The notes beneath the pieces were generated by a model. That model made no database searches, had not been told where the DNA came from, and worked only from the letters and a program-made list of their open reading frames with translations. From the NCBI RefSeq assembly GCF_006345805.1, contig NC_043006.1, positions 35,836,001 to 35,900,000 of the forward strand: a stretch of DNA of 64,000 bases, given 5' to 3'. The stretch is from Octopus sinensis. Taxonomy: Eukaryota. Of this stretch, positions 36,591 to 50,609 are shown piece after piece. The translations under genes and the position numbers were made by a program. How positions within the stretch are numbered: position 1 is the first letter of the stretch; each line of letters starts with the position of its first letter.

Positions 36591-39500
36591 ACTCTTTCAG
36601 GACCAGAAGGAACGTGATATAATTCTTCCTTCAAAGAAGTGTTAGTTACTATAATGAATAGAGCTTTATATTAAATTTATTCACATAAATTTAGTTTCGA
36701 AAAGCTTGAAGTCTACTTATCCAGAGTAGACAGAAAAAAATCAGGATTGTAATATAGCGTGTACGAGATTATATTTCTATACGCTGTCCACGTACAAAAT
36801 TATTGCCACAAAAATTCTGAGCCAAGTTTGAAATTTCAAAACTATAGAACAGAGTCTGTCACATACAGAAGAAACAGAAGGAAGAACATGAGAACAATAT
36901 TCATAAAAACACAGAAAACAAAAAATAATAGTATTGGTAATTGCATTGAATGCACCGCTAGCATAAACGATGGTCTTTTTTGTCAACAAGTGCATTTTCA
37001 CAGAAACAGTAAAAGCATTACATGGGGGAAATATTGACCGCGAGACAAGCCAGGTGGTGGCTGTCAAAGTGAAGCATCACCTTAAGGAAAGAAAGACCAT
37101 TTGGAAATATGATGTCACGCGAGACAGAGTGTCGCGGTTCGAAGAATACATACATCAATAGAGAAAGCATTAATTAATTTAATTGTGCTTTTTAAGGAAG
37201 GGTCAGGCTTTACCAGTTACTCTGAAGATAATGGCTGAAAGAAACCGTACTGAACGTATCCAGTGAAATTCTCTCGATTAAGCATGTCAAGGCTTGTGGT
37301 ACAGCACACTGTGTTTTTAGAACAATGGCGTGGTGAAATAGTGAGATACAGACGCAGACACAGACCTACAATTGTGTCCCAGTACTTGGGGCAGTGAAAT
37401 GTAAGTGATGAAGAGGGGTATCTGTAACGACTGATCTGTAGCCTGGTGCCTCCTGTATATCGCAATATGTGAGAGTAATCAACACAGAGGTGACGAGAAA
37501 TAGCATGTAGTAGGGAAGCACTAGAATAGATTGCAAGGCCTAATCACTCTGGAAAAGTACAAGGCCAAACTGAATCTGTGTTTAGTTGGGGGTACGGAAG
37601 AAAGAACATGAGAATGATGGTGCAGAGCACAAGGCATATTTACACTACCTGGGATGGTAAAAACCACTTGTAAACCTTATACCCTGAAGAGCTGGCAAAA
37701 CGAAAAAGAAGGGTACGCGATAGGGAACAGCAGGTGTAGTAACAAGGGCAACATATCCCAGTTTCCAGAGCACCAGCAGTTACAACTGTGGAGATGGTGA
37801 AGGAGGACGCCTTGTGCCTGGTCCTGGCAACAATCAGCATCATTCTATTGTTTTGTGATATGAAAAGACGTAGGGACAGCAAAAAGAAACCATCATTGAG
37901 AATACAAGAAATAAGGGGACACCTCAGAACAGAAGAGGGCTCCCTAATAAAAGATGACATTAAGGGGTTCATTGTAGAGAAGTATGATAAAATATATGTA
38001 CTAAAACTTACAACTTACACCATGGCTCAAAGCTTTGCACACAATCCAAATGATAGCCCTAAAGGCCAATAGTACAACAGCTCAACACAAACACCACACT
38101 ACACACACACATATATACACACACACAATCCCCTATATAATGAACATCCAATAAAACAACATGATACCTCTTCCATAATTTATGGAATTCATATCAAACA
38201 CAACCACAAAACTTACACTTGACACAATTACCATTTTCGTTCCAGGCGGATTTATGAACAATTTGAATAGATTTTCCAACCGAGTAAATATCTTTTTATA
38301 ATATTTGTAAATATTTTAGTCTTTAATATACAGGAGAAGGATCATAAATTTCTCTAGCATCTATATCCATTTGTGGATTCGTTCAACTGGTTTGTTAATA
38401 GTGTCAAGGCTAGACAAAATTGTATAGAAGCTTATAATTTCCCTGGGGTTATTGGACTGGTTTAAAGCATCTCCATTTTGCTTTTCCTTTAAGGGTAGAA
38501 CAAGCTAAGCTAAAGGAGGGCTGGTGCATTTTCACCCGTGTTAAGCTGAATAATTTTCAAAGTATATGGTATATTAATTTTCTTTTTTATTATGCGTTTT
38601 ATATAATTATTGATATATTCATTGTATTTTATTTATGTCAAAATCTAAACACGTGCTTACATAGGTTGTATATTTTTCCTTTTCTTGCAAGAAGAGCAAG
38701 AAAAGGAAAATTCCCCAGGAAAGGAAATACTTCAAGAGATTTCAAGGAAACCGAGTAAGGAGGACCCCCTTCTCCTTCAAATCGCATTAAAATTCACATA
38801 TCTTTGCACAACAAACGGGAAATTGATGTAAAACAAATCACTTACACTACCATCGCGGGACAATTTCACTCCAGTTTGATGTGAGATGGCTTCTGGTACC
38901 TGAAACTCGCGGAAAGTAGAATATTCACGAAAAATTAACAATGCTATGAAGAAAATTTACGTAAATAGTTACAATATAGTGGAACTTAGCTTAACCATCT
39001 CCATCCCAAAATTGCGCCCTGGCAATTTCTTCTATAACGAAATATTAAGATTAGAAATATTGCATTTCTAAATCTCTCAGAGAGACTTATACAGTAGCAG
39101 CACGATAAAGTGATCGTTTGTTGCCAACTTAAAGTGGCAGTCCCAGGAAAGGGGAAGAATACTACAGCTATTTAGCCCCAGGAAACGGAACGCTTGTGTC
39201 ACATAGCCAACTAGAAACGATGTTTCCTGGTGCTGAATAGCAGTAGAAATATTAAGGGACCAGAAGAAAATGGCAGCGGTTAATGAGAATTGAGCGGAAC
39301 CCTGATCACACATAAATAAACTCTATTTATATAAGTTATCCGATTGGTGCTTTTTGATTATCACATTTCAATATTTTCCTTAATTTTTCGGTTTTATACA
39401 CAAAATATTTATTGTTTTCAATTTGTCGATGTTTCAATAAGTTCAGTTGATAATATTCTTACTTTTCGCTTTGATTTTTATGTAACTTTTCCTGTCAAAG

Positions 39501-40569
39501 ACAAAAAGAATGAATTTTTTGCCAATTTATTTATCTCTAGTTTTCTGGCACCTTCATTGATTGCTTTCTATCATCACTAAACGTTTTTGCTAGTATCATA
39601 TACGACGCCTCACTTGTACGTACGTGAGAGCCCTTTCAGCCAGTAAATTATTGTTATTATCATTAATTAAGCCGTGAGTTCTCTCGTTTTCATTAGCTGG
39701 CTCTTAATATTGTTTGATTGAGTATTGCCTGTACAACTAATAGTTTATTCATAAAACTGAAAGTTGTTCTACGTTTCATTGGTCGGTTCGAATGTTGATT
39801 ATCTTTAAATCATTTTATAGATCCTTTTGTCCCATTGTTAGTTTCTTAAAATTGATTATCACTTTATCGTATTTAGCTATTTTAGTTGCCGTACTTTCTC
39901 CTCTTGCATAACTACATCCTGTTTACTGGTTTACTTGAGTCGTTAATTTATTCATCCCATATTTACTGGTTGGTGCAGTAGTTCTCATCTATTGTTCATT
40001 GCGTCATTCACATTCTGATTTCCTGATTGCTTAACCAGTACTTTTCACTACTTCATATCTTAAGTCAGCAAAGATATTTTTAACATATCCGTTTCTTGTT
40101 TTATTTTTATTTTATTGTTTTCTCTACGTCATGGATTATTATGCAAAGCCACCAAGGAAATAGGCACGGCAGCTGAAACTAGCTGAAGATTGCTGTGGTT
40201 TGTAAGAGTCCGCAAGTGGAGCTCTTCTTTTGGTGTAGACCAGTTCAGCTCTCGCTGCCCCCTCTCAGGCGAAGTAGCATTGCAAGGGAGTTAACCGAGA
40301 TGTCAAAGCGTCTGAGCAGCTCCTGCAGTTTCTGCGTGAGGAAAAGCATCTCCGATGTTTATTGCATTGATTTCACCCATAATATCTAAAGTTGCGGAAT
40401 GGTTTGGATATAATTTGGAGTGTACATTTATTTAAACTATTATATTATTTCATGGATAGATTTGTATTGCTGTTGCTTTGTGTAGGCTTTGTTGTGCCTT
40501 CCTTAGTATTATTTCCACCGTTGCTACATCATCGTATGCTTATCTGTTTGGCAGTTTTCATCACGGTTT

Positions 40570-41330
40570 CGAAATATATATTCTGGTGTCTATAACGTGA
40601 CAGCACCTCATTTCTTTTCATTACGGATCATATTTTTGCGTAGTTACCTTTCTTTTTTCAACCAAGCAAACAACCCATGTCCCGGAAATCTTTACATAGG
40701 ACTGACATAATCAATTAATGCTGAGGTATTTATTTTTATATTATTCTAACTTAGGTCTGCGCCAAAATAGTTTTTGAATTTCTTCTATAATTATTGCGTA
40801 ACAAGTTATGTGTTGTGCGTATTTGGATTTGTTGTTTATATCTGGCGTTTTGCTTGTTGTTCTAATATAGTCTTTGTCGGTTTATCTCTCTTGTAATGCT
40901 TTGATTTTGTAGTGTACTTCTTTTAGTTTTCTGAACGTTCTCTTCATGAGCATAACTTTTTTTCCTTTGTAGCGGATCTCATTTCGTGTTTGAGCTACGG
41001 TTGATTTATGATCATTCATGGTTAGGTTTGCAAGCTTTTCGCTTCCGATGCAACTGTAGCAAATTTTTGTGTTGTTCCCACTGAGTAGTTTTCTGTATAG
41101 ATGATCGGTTGAAAACTGTTTATTGATTGCTATTAGGAAGCTCTTTTATCACATTTGCTACTAACGTTAAAGGTACAGAGTGGGTTGCACCAAGTGGTGT
41201 TTCTTTTTTAGCTGTTCTTTGGTTAATGGGCCGCTTATGTGGCTTTAGCCATGTATTTTAATTTTTTTCTTTCAGCACCCTTACTTTTTAGGCATCATTG
41301 TAGACTGTTGGTTCGGATATACTGCGGAGT
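40570..41330 (-). mobile_element. Decayed Naiad/Chlamys-like PLE endonuclease-side fragment
   Basis: KRNTTWCNPLC (RNI.WFNPP.S), SFLIAINKQFSTDHLYRKLLSGNNTKICYSC (FL.LIDKHF...H.L.K.FNRN..K.SYSC) and terminal MKRNEVLSRYRHQN (NKR.E..S.CRH.N). Confidence 0.7.
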
Positions 41331-41870
41331 TTATTAATCTTATGCGGCTTATTAAGTTAATTTTTTTTATTATAAAATACGGGATGTCTGAGTGTTTAAT
41401 TATATATAGCAGTATATTGTTAGTTTTATGAAGAGTATTTGCTTCAGTTTATGTATCGATATCTTTAATGATTATTCAGATATATATATGCGTCTGTATA
41501 TCTCGATGCATGTATGTACGTGTATATGAAGGTACGAACACCTGTTGATTGGAATGTTGAACTTACAAACGCAAGATTATGATTTCGATACCTGGACCTG
41601 GTGGTGTCTTACATTCTTGCGCAAAACACTTCATTAGTTTGCGATCAATTCGACATCTGACGTGTTGTTACACCGTGCATCACATCTACAGGAATATGGA
41701 TTTGATAGAAGGAGTGAGCTAATATGCAGTACAAGCATTTGATATTTGTACCTATGCTGGCTATTCAATAAGAAGCTGCGAAATGCCCATTAGTTGTACA
41801 TAAAAGTAAAGCCCATTACTCCGCTATGTATATATAAGATCAGACACTTTCCCAAAATAACCATACGCAT

Positions 41871-41950
<80 letters not shown>

Positions 41951-43004
41951 ATAAATTAAATAGAGAGATACTATTGACAATCCAATAATTTATTTATGTT
42001 ATAATATTTCATGATATACTATGAATACAATATAACATAATACTACATAACATAAACAATTATTTTTTAAAAAAACATAAAAAGCCAACAAATTGTTTCG
42101 ACGTATATACATTTTTATATGGTATTCAACTGGCGTACCAGTGAGTTGGATATTTAACACGCTTCTTTGAAGGATCTCTTTTGCTCAGTTTCTTACTTTA
42201 TATATGTATATATATATATATGTACCGATGCATTATGGCTCATTACGTAAGAAGTTCTCTTCCTGTTACACAAGGTCCCGTGTTCTACCTTGCAGAGTGA
42301 AGTGTTATCTTGAGCAAGTCTCTTGCTATAGCCTCGTATCGGCTCGTGCTTTGTGAGTCAAACAGGATAAGCAGAAACTATGTGAAGACAATTGTGTAGA
42401 TTGTATTTCATTTACTTTGACAGTTGAGATACTTTATATATTTATTTATTGCATTGTCTTATATATGTTCTTATATATTTTCCGTATGAATTTCATCCTA
42501 TTACATTTCTTCACTTGTGTTTTTTTATCCACTTCCGTTGTCAGTTTTCATTTTTTTTTTCACTACTATTACTAGTACCAAAAGAGAGCTGCCACGATCT
42601 ACCTTATTTTTCCATGACCAATCAAGCAAGACATTCGAAACACCTCAGTCCCTTTCTACCCATGGCCTATATTTAATGTCACTGGATGTTGCATAAGTAT
42701 TCTCACCCTGCACGCTTGAAGTAATGATCAATAAAACCATTTATTATTTATCTGTAAAAAGAACAGCTATTTAGGAAAACGCTCATTCATTACACGCTCG
42801 TTCAAACACAAACAAAAATTCACATAAAAGGGCAAATAACACGACCATCCCCTCTAAACCGCTCTAAAAGTAATAATAAGAACAACGTCCAAGCTGTTGC
42901 TTTTCATTACACATCGCATTTTTTGCCACATTCTATGTTACCAATCATATTCCGGGTTTCTAACACACACACACACACCACACACACGTGAATTCAACGT
43001 GTGA

Positions 43005-43040
<36 letters not shown>

Positions 43041-43894
43041 ATGTGTGTGTGTGTATTTAGCTGCATCAGCGCAAGTTGTGATTAGGAATAATTTATGATA
43101 TATTTTAATTTCTAAAGGCAAATTTACTGCCGTTACCGTGTAGAAAAAAAGGTATAAAAGGTATAAAAGGTATAAAAACACCATATCTGCCCAGTGTTTT
43201 GCTCTAGCTAATTCCCAGATGCGGGTTTCTGGCTCTTTGGTCTTACTCAATGGGAAATACAGAAGAGAGATAACCCAGCGTTTATTTAAAATCCTAGTGA
43301 CTGATAGTTTTCTCGTCATAGGTTACGGTGATGGAGAGAAGAGTAGGAAAAGGAAGGCGATTCTTAGATAGGAAATGAAAAGGAAAATAAAGAAGAGTGA
43401 AAAGGAAGAAAGCCGGAAAAGGAAGAGAGGGAAGAGAAAGGAGTTAAGAAGAGAACGGGGAGTAAAAGAAAGAAGAGAAGATAAAGAAAAAAAGAAAATG
43501 AATAAAAAAAACAGAGAAAGAGAAAAAAAGGAAAATAACTAGGGAACAGGTGTTTGAAGAATACAATTTGGAATAGCAGACGATGAACTATTACAAGTAA
43601 TCAATAAAAGCGAGTAAAATAAAACGAACATGACAGCTAAAATAGCAGGGGTGCTGAATAAGTGGGATGGACAATATAGCAAAGTAGTAAACAAAATACA
43701 GAACAATACGAAAAATTTTAGGGATGAATGGGACGGGTGTAAACAATGTGTCTAAAATTACTGGAAAGAAAATAATAATTACAAGAGCACTCAGAGAGCT
43801 AAACATCCGCCAAGGCAACACCAACGTTCTCTCAACAATTAGCCGGAGATTATTTTTAAAATGAGAATATCTGAAATAAAGTAAATATAACAAA

Positions 43895-44090
43895 TGATCT
43901 AGAAACCTTGTTCGGTACCGGATCGATCCCAAAATCTAATCAGTTCGTGCCAGTCACGAGGTCAAACATCCCTGAAAGTTTCATCCCAATCCATCCAGCG
44001 GTTCTTGAGATATCTTCTCCACAGACAAACAAACGAAGACGACTGAAAAACAATACCTCTGCCTTCGCTATGTCGGAGGTAATAAAGTAA
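43895..44090 (+). mobile_element. Helentron/HINE-like non-autonomous element end
   Basis: CCCAAAATCTAATCAGTTC...AAGTTTCATCCCAATCCATCCAGCGGTTCTTGAGATA...ACAGACAAACAAAC, ending in the hairpin CCTCTGCC..TCGGAGGTAA. The pattern is recalled from DINE-1/HINE-like elements. Confidence 0.5.
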
Positions 44091-44613
44091 AAATGTTTCT
44101 GGTTTTGTTCCTGCTTTAGGTTTTGATAATTTTAATAATTTTTATGCAGCCTTTCAATATTTTTACATTCTGATGGACCTCTTTATCTTCCTTCATCTAA
44201 TTTTTCGTCTAATAATTTTTTTCCGAATCATTTAATCGAATTATCTCTTTTATCTTTTATTTTGAAGGCACCGAACGGAAGAATTTTTAGTTGAATGAAT
44301 CGACCCCAGCAATTACAATTTTTTGGCCTGGCACCCTTATTCTCTCGGACCTTTGCACCGAACCGCTATTTCACAGGGACATAAACACACCAAAATCGGG
44401 TTCTCAGGCGATGGTGGAGAAACATACACACACACATACACACGCAGATTTATATATATATATACACACACACGACGGGCTTCTGTAAATTTCCGCCTAC
44501 CTAATTCACACAGAAGGCGTTGGTTTGTCCGAGGCTACAGAAGTGGGCACCGGCCCAAATTTCCACGCAATGAGACTGGACCCAGAATCATGTGGTTAGG
44601 AAGCAAGCTTCTT

Positions 44614-46024
44614 TATTTCTTTTAAATTACCATAAAGGCATTACACAGGGGGGACACTACAACACATGCCGGGACATATAACAATTAAAATCGAAATACT
44701 AAAAAAATGATACATGAATGATAACTGAGAAATGAGAATATGCAAAGTGTGTTACTCACCGCATACTGAGTAACCTCACTCGCTACCTCTGAGTCCTGAG
44801 TCCTCTTTAGTCTTTCGTTTACCGTTTTCCCCATCGCTGAGTGACGACACTCTCTCCTCCATGTACACATAAACTTTTTCACCGGGGTAGGGGCCTTGTA
44901 AATTTTGTGGTGCCTGTTCTTTCTTCTTTTTTCCTGCGGGGAGAGAGGTTGGGTGGTTTGGTGTCTGTATGGGGAGGGTGAGTCTGAGTGGTATCGGATG
45001 GGATGGAGTTGGTCTGGGGTCCCACATCACACTGCCTGTTCTTCCTCTTCTTTCTCTTTTTCCTTTTATTCTCTGTCACAGTCCATTCAGCCCCCGTGTT
45101 CCTTCCATCTATCTATACTGTTTCCTTTTCTCCTCCGTCTCCACCACCTCTTCTTCTGTCGTTCTCCTCTGTAGAGGGCAGTTCGCTCTAATGTAGCCCT
45201 TTTGGCCACACTTAAAACATCGTGGGATTCTGCCCTCCACCCACACTCTTAACACAATCTCTTCCAACGTCACCGTCTCCGCCAAACTCTCCAATTATCT
45301 CTCCTCTGCCTGTATAATGAGGTCCAGTGTTTTTCCTCCATCCTCCGTTTCCGTGGCTTGGAAGACAGCCACCTACTCCTCACTTCCAACGAGGACGGCT
45401 GCCGCAACCCAAGCCACTTCTATATCGGGTGGTATTCCTTCTACCCTCACCTTAGAAGTCTTTCTTCCAAGGTACGTGGGCAGAAATACTACTTCCTCTG
45501 TTTTACAGTTGTACTCGCCAGCCTTTTTGCCGCCTCCGCTGTCCTAAACTGGACAACCACCGTCCCATATCCATTTCCTTTCGCTGTGTATGTCACTTAC
45601 TTTTGAAAGCCCCTTCAATGCTTTTTCTACTTTTTCCATCTCCATTCGCTCCACCTTCCTACTCTCCACTGAGTACACCTTGTAGGTAATGGTCATCTTT
45701 TCCATATTTCTCATAACCCTTTTCGGAGGTAATAACTTTACGTCCCCGCCCACCTTCTGTGTCATCTTACTCAGCTCCTTCAGTCCGGCTAGGTCCACCT
45801 CCCCTTTCTTCACCTCTGCAGCCTCAGGAAAATTCTTTACTCTTTCCAAATGCTCATCCTTTCTATTTACCACCTTAACGAGCTCCTCCTCCGCTGAGGA
45901 CAGCTCATACTTGCTAAGGTCTGAATACATTGTCTCTACCGGTATAACACCCGCTGCCAAGCAGCACAAAAAATTCCGTCCGACTCCTCAATAATTAATA
46001 CAGCAAATAAACCGATTCATGCGC
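44614..46024 (-). mobile_element. ORF1-only retroposon (RRM-like region plus CCHC zinc knuckle), 1411 bp, 15-bp TSD, inserted in a SINE
   Basis: TSD GGAAGCAAGCTTCTT at 44599-44613 and 46025-46039. The ORF starts MYSDLSKYEL at ~45930 and contains VVVQFRTAEAAKRL, VRVEGIPP and CFKCGQKGYIRANC. It carries a frameshift and stops. The 3' end is A-rich and there is no EN/RT sequence. Confidence 0.85.
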
Positions 46025-46269
46025 GGAAGCAAGCTTCTTACCACACCAGCACGCCAGCACCTGTGCCCGATATATTTTCAATATTGTTTTTCCGATTTTT
46101 CCTTATAATGGCATTCATATCCCCACCGATATTCCTTTTTTTAAATATATTTCTTCCACTTTCTCTTCATTCTTAAGTTAATCGCTTTATTTTATTTCAT
46201 TTTTATTCCGCTTAAACTATTGACAATTCCACCAAACAATATTCCAGTTTTTATGATTTCCTTATTTCT

Positions 46270-46465
46270 TTATTGCCCACAAGGGGCTAAACATAAAGGG
46301 GACAAACAAGGAGAGAAAAAGTGATTAAGTCTATTACACCAACCCCAGTGCGTAACTGGTACTTAATTTATCGACCCAGAAAGGATGAAAGTCAAAGTCG
46401 ACCTCAGCGGAATTTGAACTCAGAACGTAACGGCAGACGAAATACTGCTAAGCATTTCGCCCGCC
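46270..46465 (-). mobile_element. SINE family A
   Basis: Reverse complement of the family A core and tail. Confidence 0.85.
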
Positions 46466-46767
46466 GTGATTTACTTTCGTATAAATTATGTTGGAGCAAG
46501 CCTTGATGGGATTTAGTCGAAAAATCGTCTGCAGTGCTTAATAGCTTTTAAAGTCTAATATTTATTTTAAGTCTCATGTATTGAACTACTATGTGACAGA
46601 AACGTAAACAAACCAACACCAGTTTGAAGAAGTGTAGGACAAAAACTCATTCGACAACCCCCATCCCTAGTTAAAGAGCAAAATAGGACAAAAACCCACA
46701 GTTACATCTTTTTGTTTTTTAATCTTAATTCCACCAAAATTAAAAGAAAGAATATTTTTTAATAAGA

Positions 46768-47380
46768 CGCAGGCGTAGCTGTGTGGTAAGATTACTTCCC
46801 AACCACATGGTTCCGGGTTCAGTCTCACTGCGTAGCACCTTGGGCAAATGTCTTCTACTATATCCTCAGGCCGACCAAAGCCTTGTGAATGGATTTGGCA
46901 GACGGAGCCAGTCGTAAATATGTGTTTGGATGTTTGTGTTTGTCGCCTCACCACCACCATTGCTTGACAACCAATGTTGGTGTGTTTACGTCCCCGTAAT
47001 TAGCAGTTCGGCAAAAGTCACCGATAGAATAAGTACTGGGCGTACAAAGAATAAGTCCTGGGGTCTATGAAAGAATGAAAGTACCAATATGGAAGAAGCA
47101 ATTTATATTCACAAATGTATTTATTAGAATCAATGTTTAAAAGCAAATACTAAAAAACTGAAAGATTGGGGAAAATCCTGCTGGAACTACCAAAGTTCTA
47201 AAATAGTAATTATTCTTTAATTTTTTTTTTTGTTTCAGTTGACTGCGGCCATGCTGGAGCACCAGCTTTAGTTGAACCAATCAGCCCCAGGACTTATTCT
47301 TTGTAAGCTTAGTACTTGTTCTATCAGCCTATTTTGTTGAACCGCTAAGTTACGGGGACGTAAACACACCAGCATCGGTT
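46768..47380. mobile_element. Two SINE family B pieces (46768-47062 plus; 47236-47380 minus)
   Basis: Match to the 22080-22525 copy. Confidence 0.8.
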
Positions 47381-47599
47381 TTGAGGGATGGTGGTTGGGG
47401 GTGCGCGACAAACAAATACATATATATATTTGCTTGGCGTGGGTTTAGGATTGGGGTGTGTGGTTGTGGAGTGTGGGTGGATGAAAAGAGAGGGTGGGCA
47501 GGAGAGAAGAGAGGCAGTAAGTGGCAGAAGAAGATGGGAGAGAAAATGCGTGTAGGAGTGAAGAGAGGAAGTAGGTGTCAGATAAAGACAGGAGAGGAG

Positions 47600-48945
47600 A
47601 GAAGTCAGATTAATAGGGGAGGGGTGTTGAGCCCATGTGGAGCAAAGGAGCGAAGAGAGAATATTAATTCCTGTTCACGGGGAAGGCAGGAGACCGGATG
47701 GCCCCTGTGCAAAGACAGTTCGAACACAGAGAAGTGTTATAGTGAATAACAGGTAAATCGGAAAAGGCGCGAGACCAGGGTGTCATCGCCGAGTCTGATA
47801 TCTCGGAGGTGCTTCGCGAATCGGTCAGCTAAGCGGCATCCCGTTTCACCGTTGTACAAAGAAGGGCAGAAAGCACAGGAAATGCAGTAAATGATGTTGC
47901 TAGAAGTGCAGGTAAAGGAGTCGGTGATATGATACGGACACTGATGAGTGCCTGTGAGGATGGTGATGTTGGAGAGGTAGAGGCAAGTGCAGCAGTGTGG
48001 ATGGGAGCTGGGAAACGAGCCAGGTTGCGGACTTGTTTGAAGGAGGGAAGGGTAGTTTCGGGAAGATGTGCGAGGTGGTGGATTCAGACTGGAGTCATGG
48101 AAGACTCGGAGAATGGTGCGTTGGAGGTGCAGGGTGGAGAAATGCTAAGTAAGGGGAAACGGGAGACGGGCAACGGTGGAGTGGGTGCAGGAAGAGAGAG
48201 AGCAGAAGTACGATCTACGAAACGTGCAATGGCGAGGGCTGTGTCTATAGTGGTGAGGGGATAGCCATGAAGGATGAAGTGGCGAGACATGAGTTGAGAC
48301 TGATTCTCAAAGTCATGGTTGTCACTACAGAGCCTGCACAAAACGGAGGAATTTGGAGTAGGGGATGGAGAGCTTGGTGTGTATAGGGTGAGAGGAGGAG
48401 AAGTTAAGGTATACGTGTGGGAGATAGTGAGAGCGGAGGGATGTATTCTGACAGAAATGTCGAGAAATGCGACGGAAGTGTTTGAAATAGTGCAAGAGAA
48501 TTTGAGGGCAGAATGGAAGGAGTCTAGTTGTTCGCGGCAGAGTGAGGTCGCACTAATACAGTCCTGAATATAACAACCATATAGTTCGGGAGTGGGACCA
48601 GGGAATATAGACAATATTTGGGCCTCAACATAGCTAACGGACAGTTCGCATAGTTGGGGCCCATTTCCGTTTCCATGGCCACCCAAAAGACCTGTTGGTA
48701 AAAATCCCCCACGAAAGAGAAGCAGATGAAGGACAGAACAAGTTCGGCCAGGCGAAGAAGTGTCAAGCTGAGGTTGGGTCAAATGCCTAGGAAGTGTTTG
48801 AGTGCAAGAAGTTCTTCGTTGTGTGGGATCACCGTATATAGATTCTTGATATCAAGAAGGAAGAGAAAGAGTTAAAAAGACGGAGAGCATGGTTAATGTC
48901 GTGGATGTGGGAGGGGGAGGTCACTGGGAGCGCATGGACACGGTA
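47600..48945 (-). mobile_element. Decayed Penelope-like element (RT motifs through GIY-YIG)
   Basis: FYQQVFWVAMETEMGPNYAN (G.AMG...P.YAN), PELYGCYIQDCI (RY.DD), SVAFLDISV, HITDSFTCTSSNIIYCISC and LYNGETG.RLADRF..HLRDI; frameshifted. Confidence 0.85.
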
Positions 48946-49200
48946 AAGCATGAAAAACAATTAAATTGTGGAAAAATTAAATATGTTTTTGTTTTACATT
49001 ATTTCCATTGTTTTCAAATACAAGGCTAATTGTTTCCTTTTTTCTGTCTCTTACTCTCTTTTTTACACTTGTGGGCTTGGTAGTAGGTAGTAGCAGACAT
49101 AAAAGAATATTTCATATTAGTTCTTGGTTTTGATTGTGTAAGCAACAATAGTAGCCGAGGAAGGAGGCGGTGAAGAAGAAGAAGAAAGAGAAAAAGAAGG
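48943..49200 (-). mobile_element. 3' UTR fragment of the PLE family at 26682-27542
   Basis: GTAAAGCATGAAAAACAATTAAATTGTG...GTAGGTAGTAGCAGA...GTAGCC.AGGAAG is collinear with 26777-27010. Confidence 0.7.
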
Positions 49201-49448
49201 AATATATATATATATATTATATATATATATATACATATATGTCTGTGAATATATATATATATATATACATACAAACATAGAAGTATATATATATATATAT
49301 ATATGTGTGTGTATGTGTGTATGTATATATTCACCGAAAGCATGTATATATATATATGTTTTTGTGTGTATATGAATATATTTTATACATAAATATTTAT
49401 GTGTATATATATTGATATATATATATGTTTTATATATGTTTTATATAT

Positions 49449-49833
49449 GCCCAAATGATGTTGGCATCACCTTTAAGGTACATCCAAGGCTTGGGCCCCG
49501 TGCCATCCGCCCAAAACAAAAATCGCACTCTCATCTCATAACAACAATACGGCACAATTATTTCACCTCAATTGGCCCCGCTCTCTTTAACATTACACCA
49601 AAACACATTAAAACAGAAACTGACCCTATAGGGTTCAAGAAGTCTTTGGACAGATTCCTTCAAGAAATCCCGGATAAACCCCCTACACCCGGATATGTCT
49701 CTGTAAACAATAACTCTCTACTTGAGTGGGCCATAGTGCCCAAATTCTGACTTGAAAGACTTCACCAGGTGGTGCTATTAAGTTAGACATGGCCTGGGCC
49801 AATAATGGCCGAAACCTATCAAAGTATCAAAGT

Positions 49834-49835
<2 letters not shown>
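49449..49835 (+). mobile_element. CR1-like LINE 3' end, copy 1
   Basis: PNDVGITFKVHPRLGPRAIRPK...NYFTSIGPALFNITPKHIK...FKKSLDRFLQEIPDKP..PGY; ends in (ATCAAAGT)2 followed by (TA)n. Confidence 0.85.
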
Positions 49836-49878
<43 letters not shown>

Positions 49879-49966
49879 TATATATATATATATATATGTT
49901 TTATATATATATATATATAGATATATATATATATAATATGTTTTATATATATATATATATATATAT

Positions 49967-50007
<41 letters not shown>

Positions 50008-50160
50008 TTATATATAAATATATGTTTTATATATATATGTTTTATATATAAATATATGTTTTATATATATATATAATATATATACATATGTTTATATATA
50101 AATATATGTTTTATATATATATATATATATATACATATGTTTATATATAAATATATGTTT

Positions 50161-50224
<64 letters not shown>

Positions 50225-50276
50225 GTTTATATATAATATATGTTTTATATATAATATATGTTTTATATATATATAT

Positions 50277-50316
<40 letters not shown>

Positions 50317-50609
50317 TGCATATAAATATATTATATACGTATATCTTTATGCACATGCACCTACACATGTCCAGAGATATATATACACATATAATATACA
50401 TATATGTCTGTGAATATATATATATATATATACATACAAACATAGAAGTATATATATATATATATATGTGTGTGTATGTGTGTATGTATATATTCACCGA
50501 AAGCATGTATATATATATATGTTTTTGTGTGTATATGAATATATTTTATACATAAATATTTATGTGTATATATATTGATATATATATATGTTTATATATG
50601 TTTATATAT

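Noticed and set aside
38692-38754. 63-bp purine-rich exon candidate with CGA/GTAAGG donor
   Set aside because: The AAG acceptor is weak, and all frames are open simply because of low complexity.
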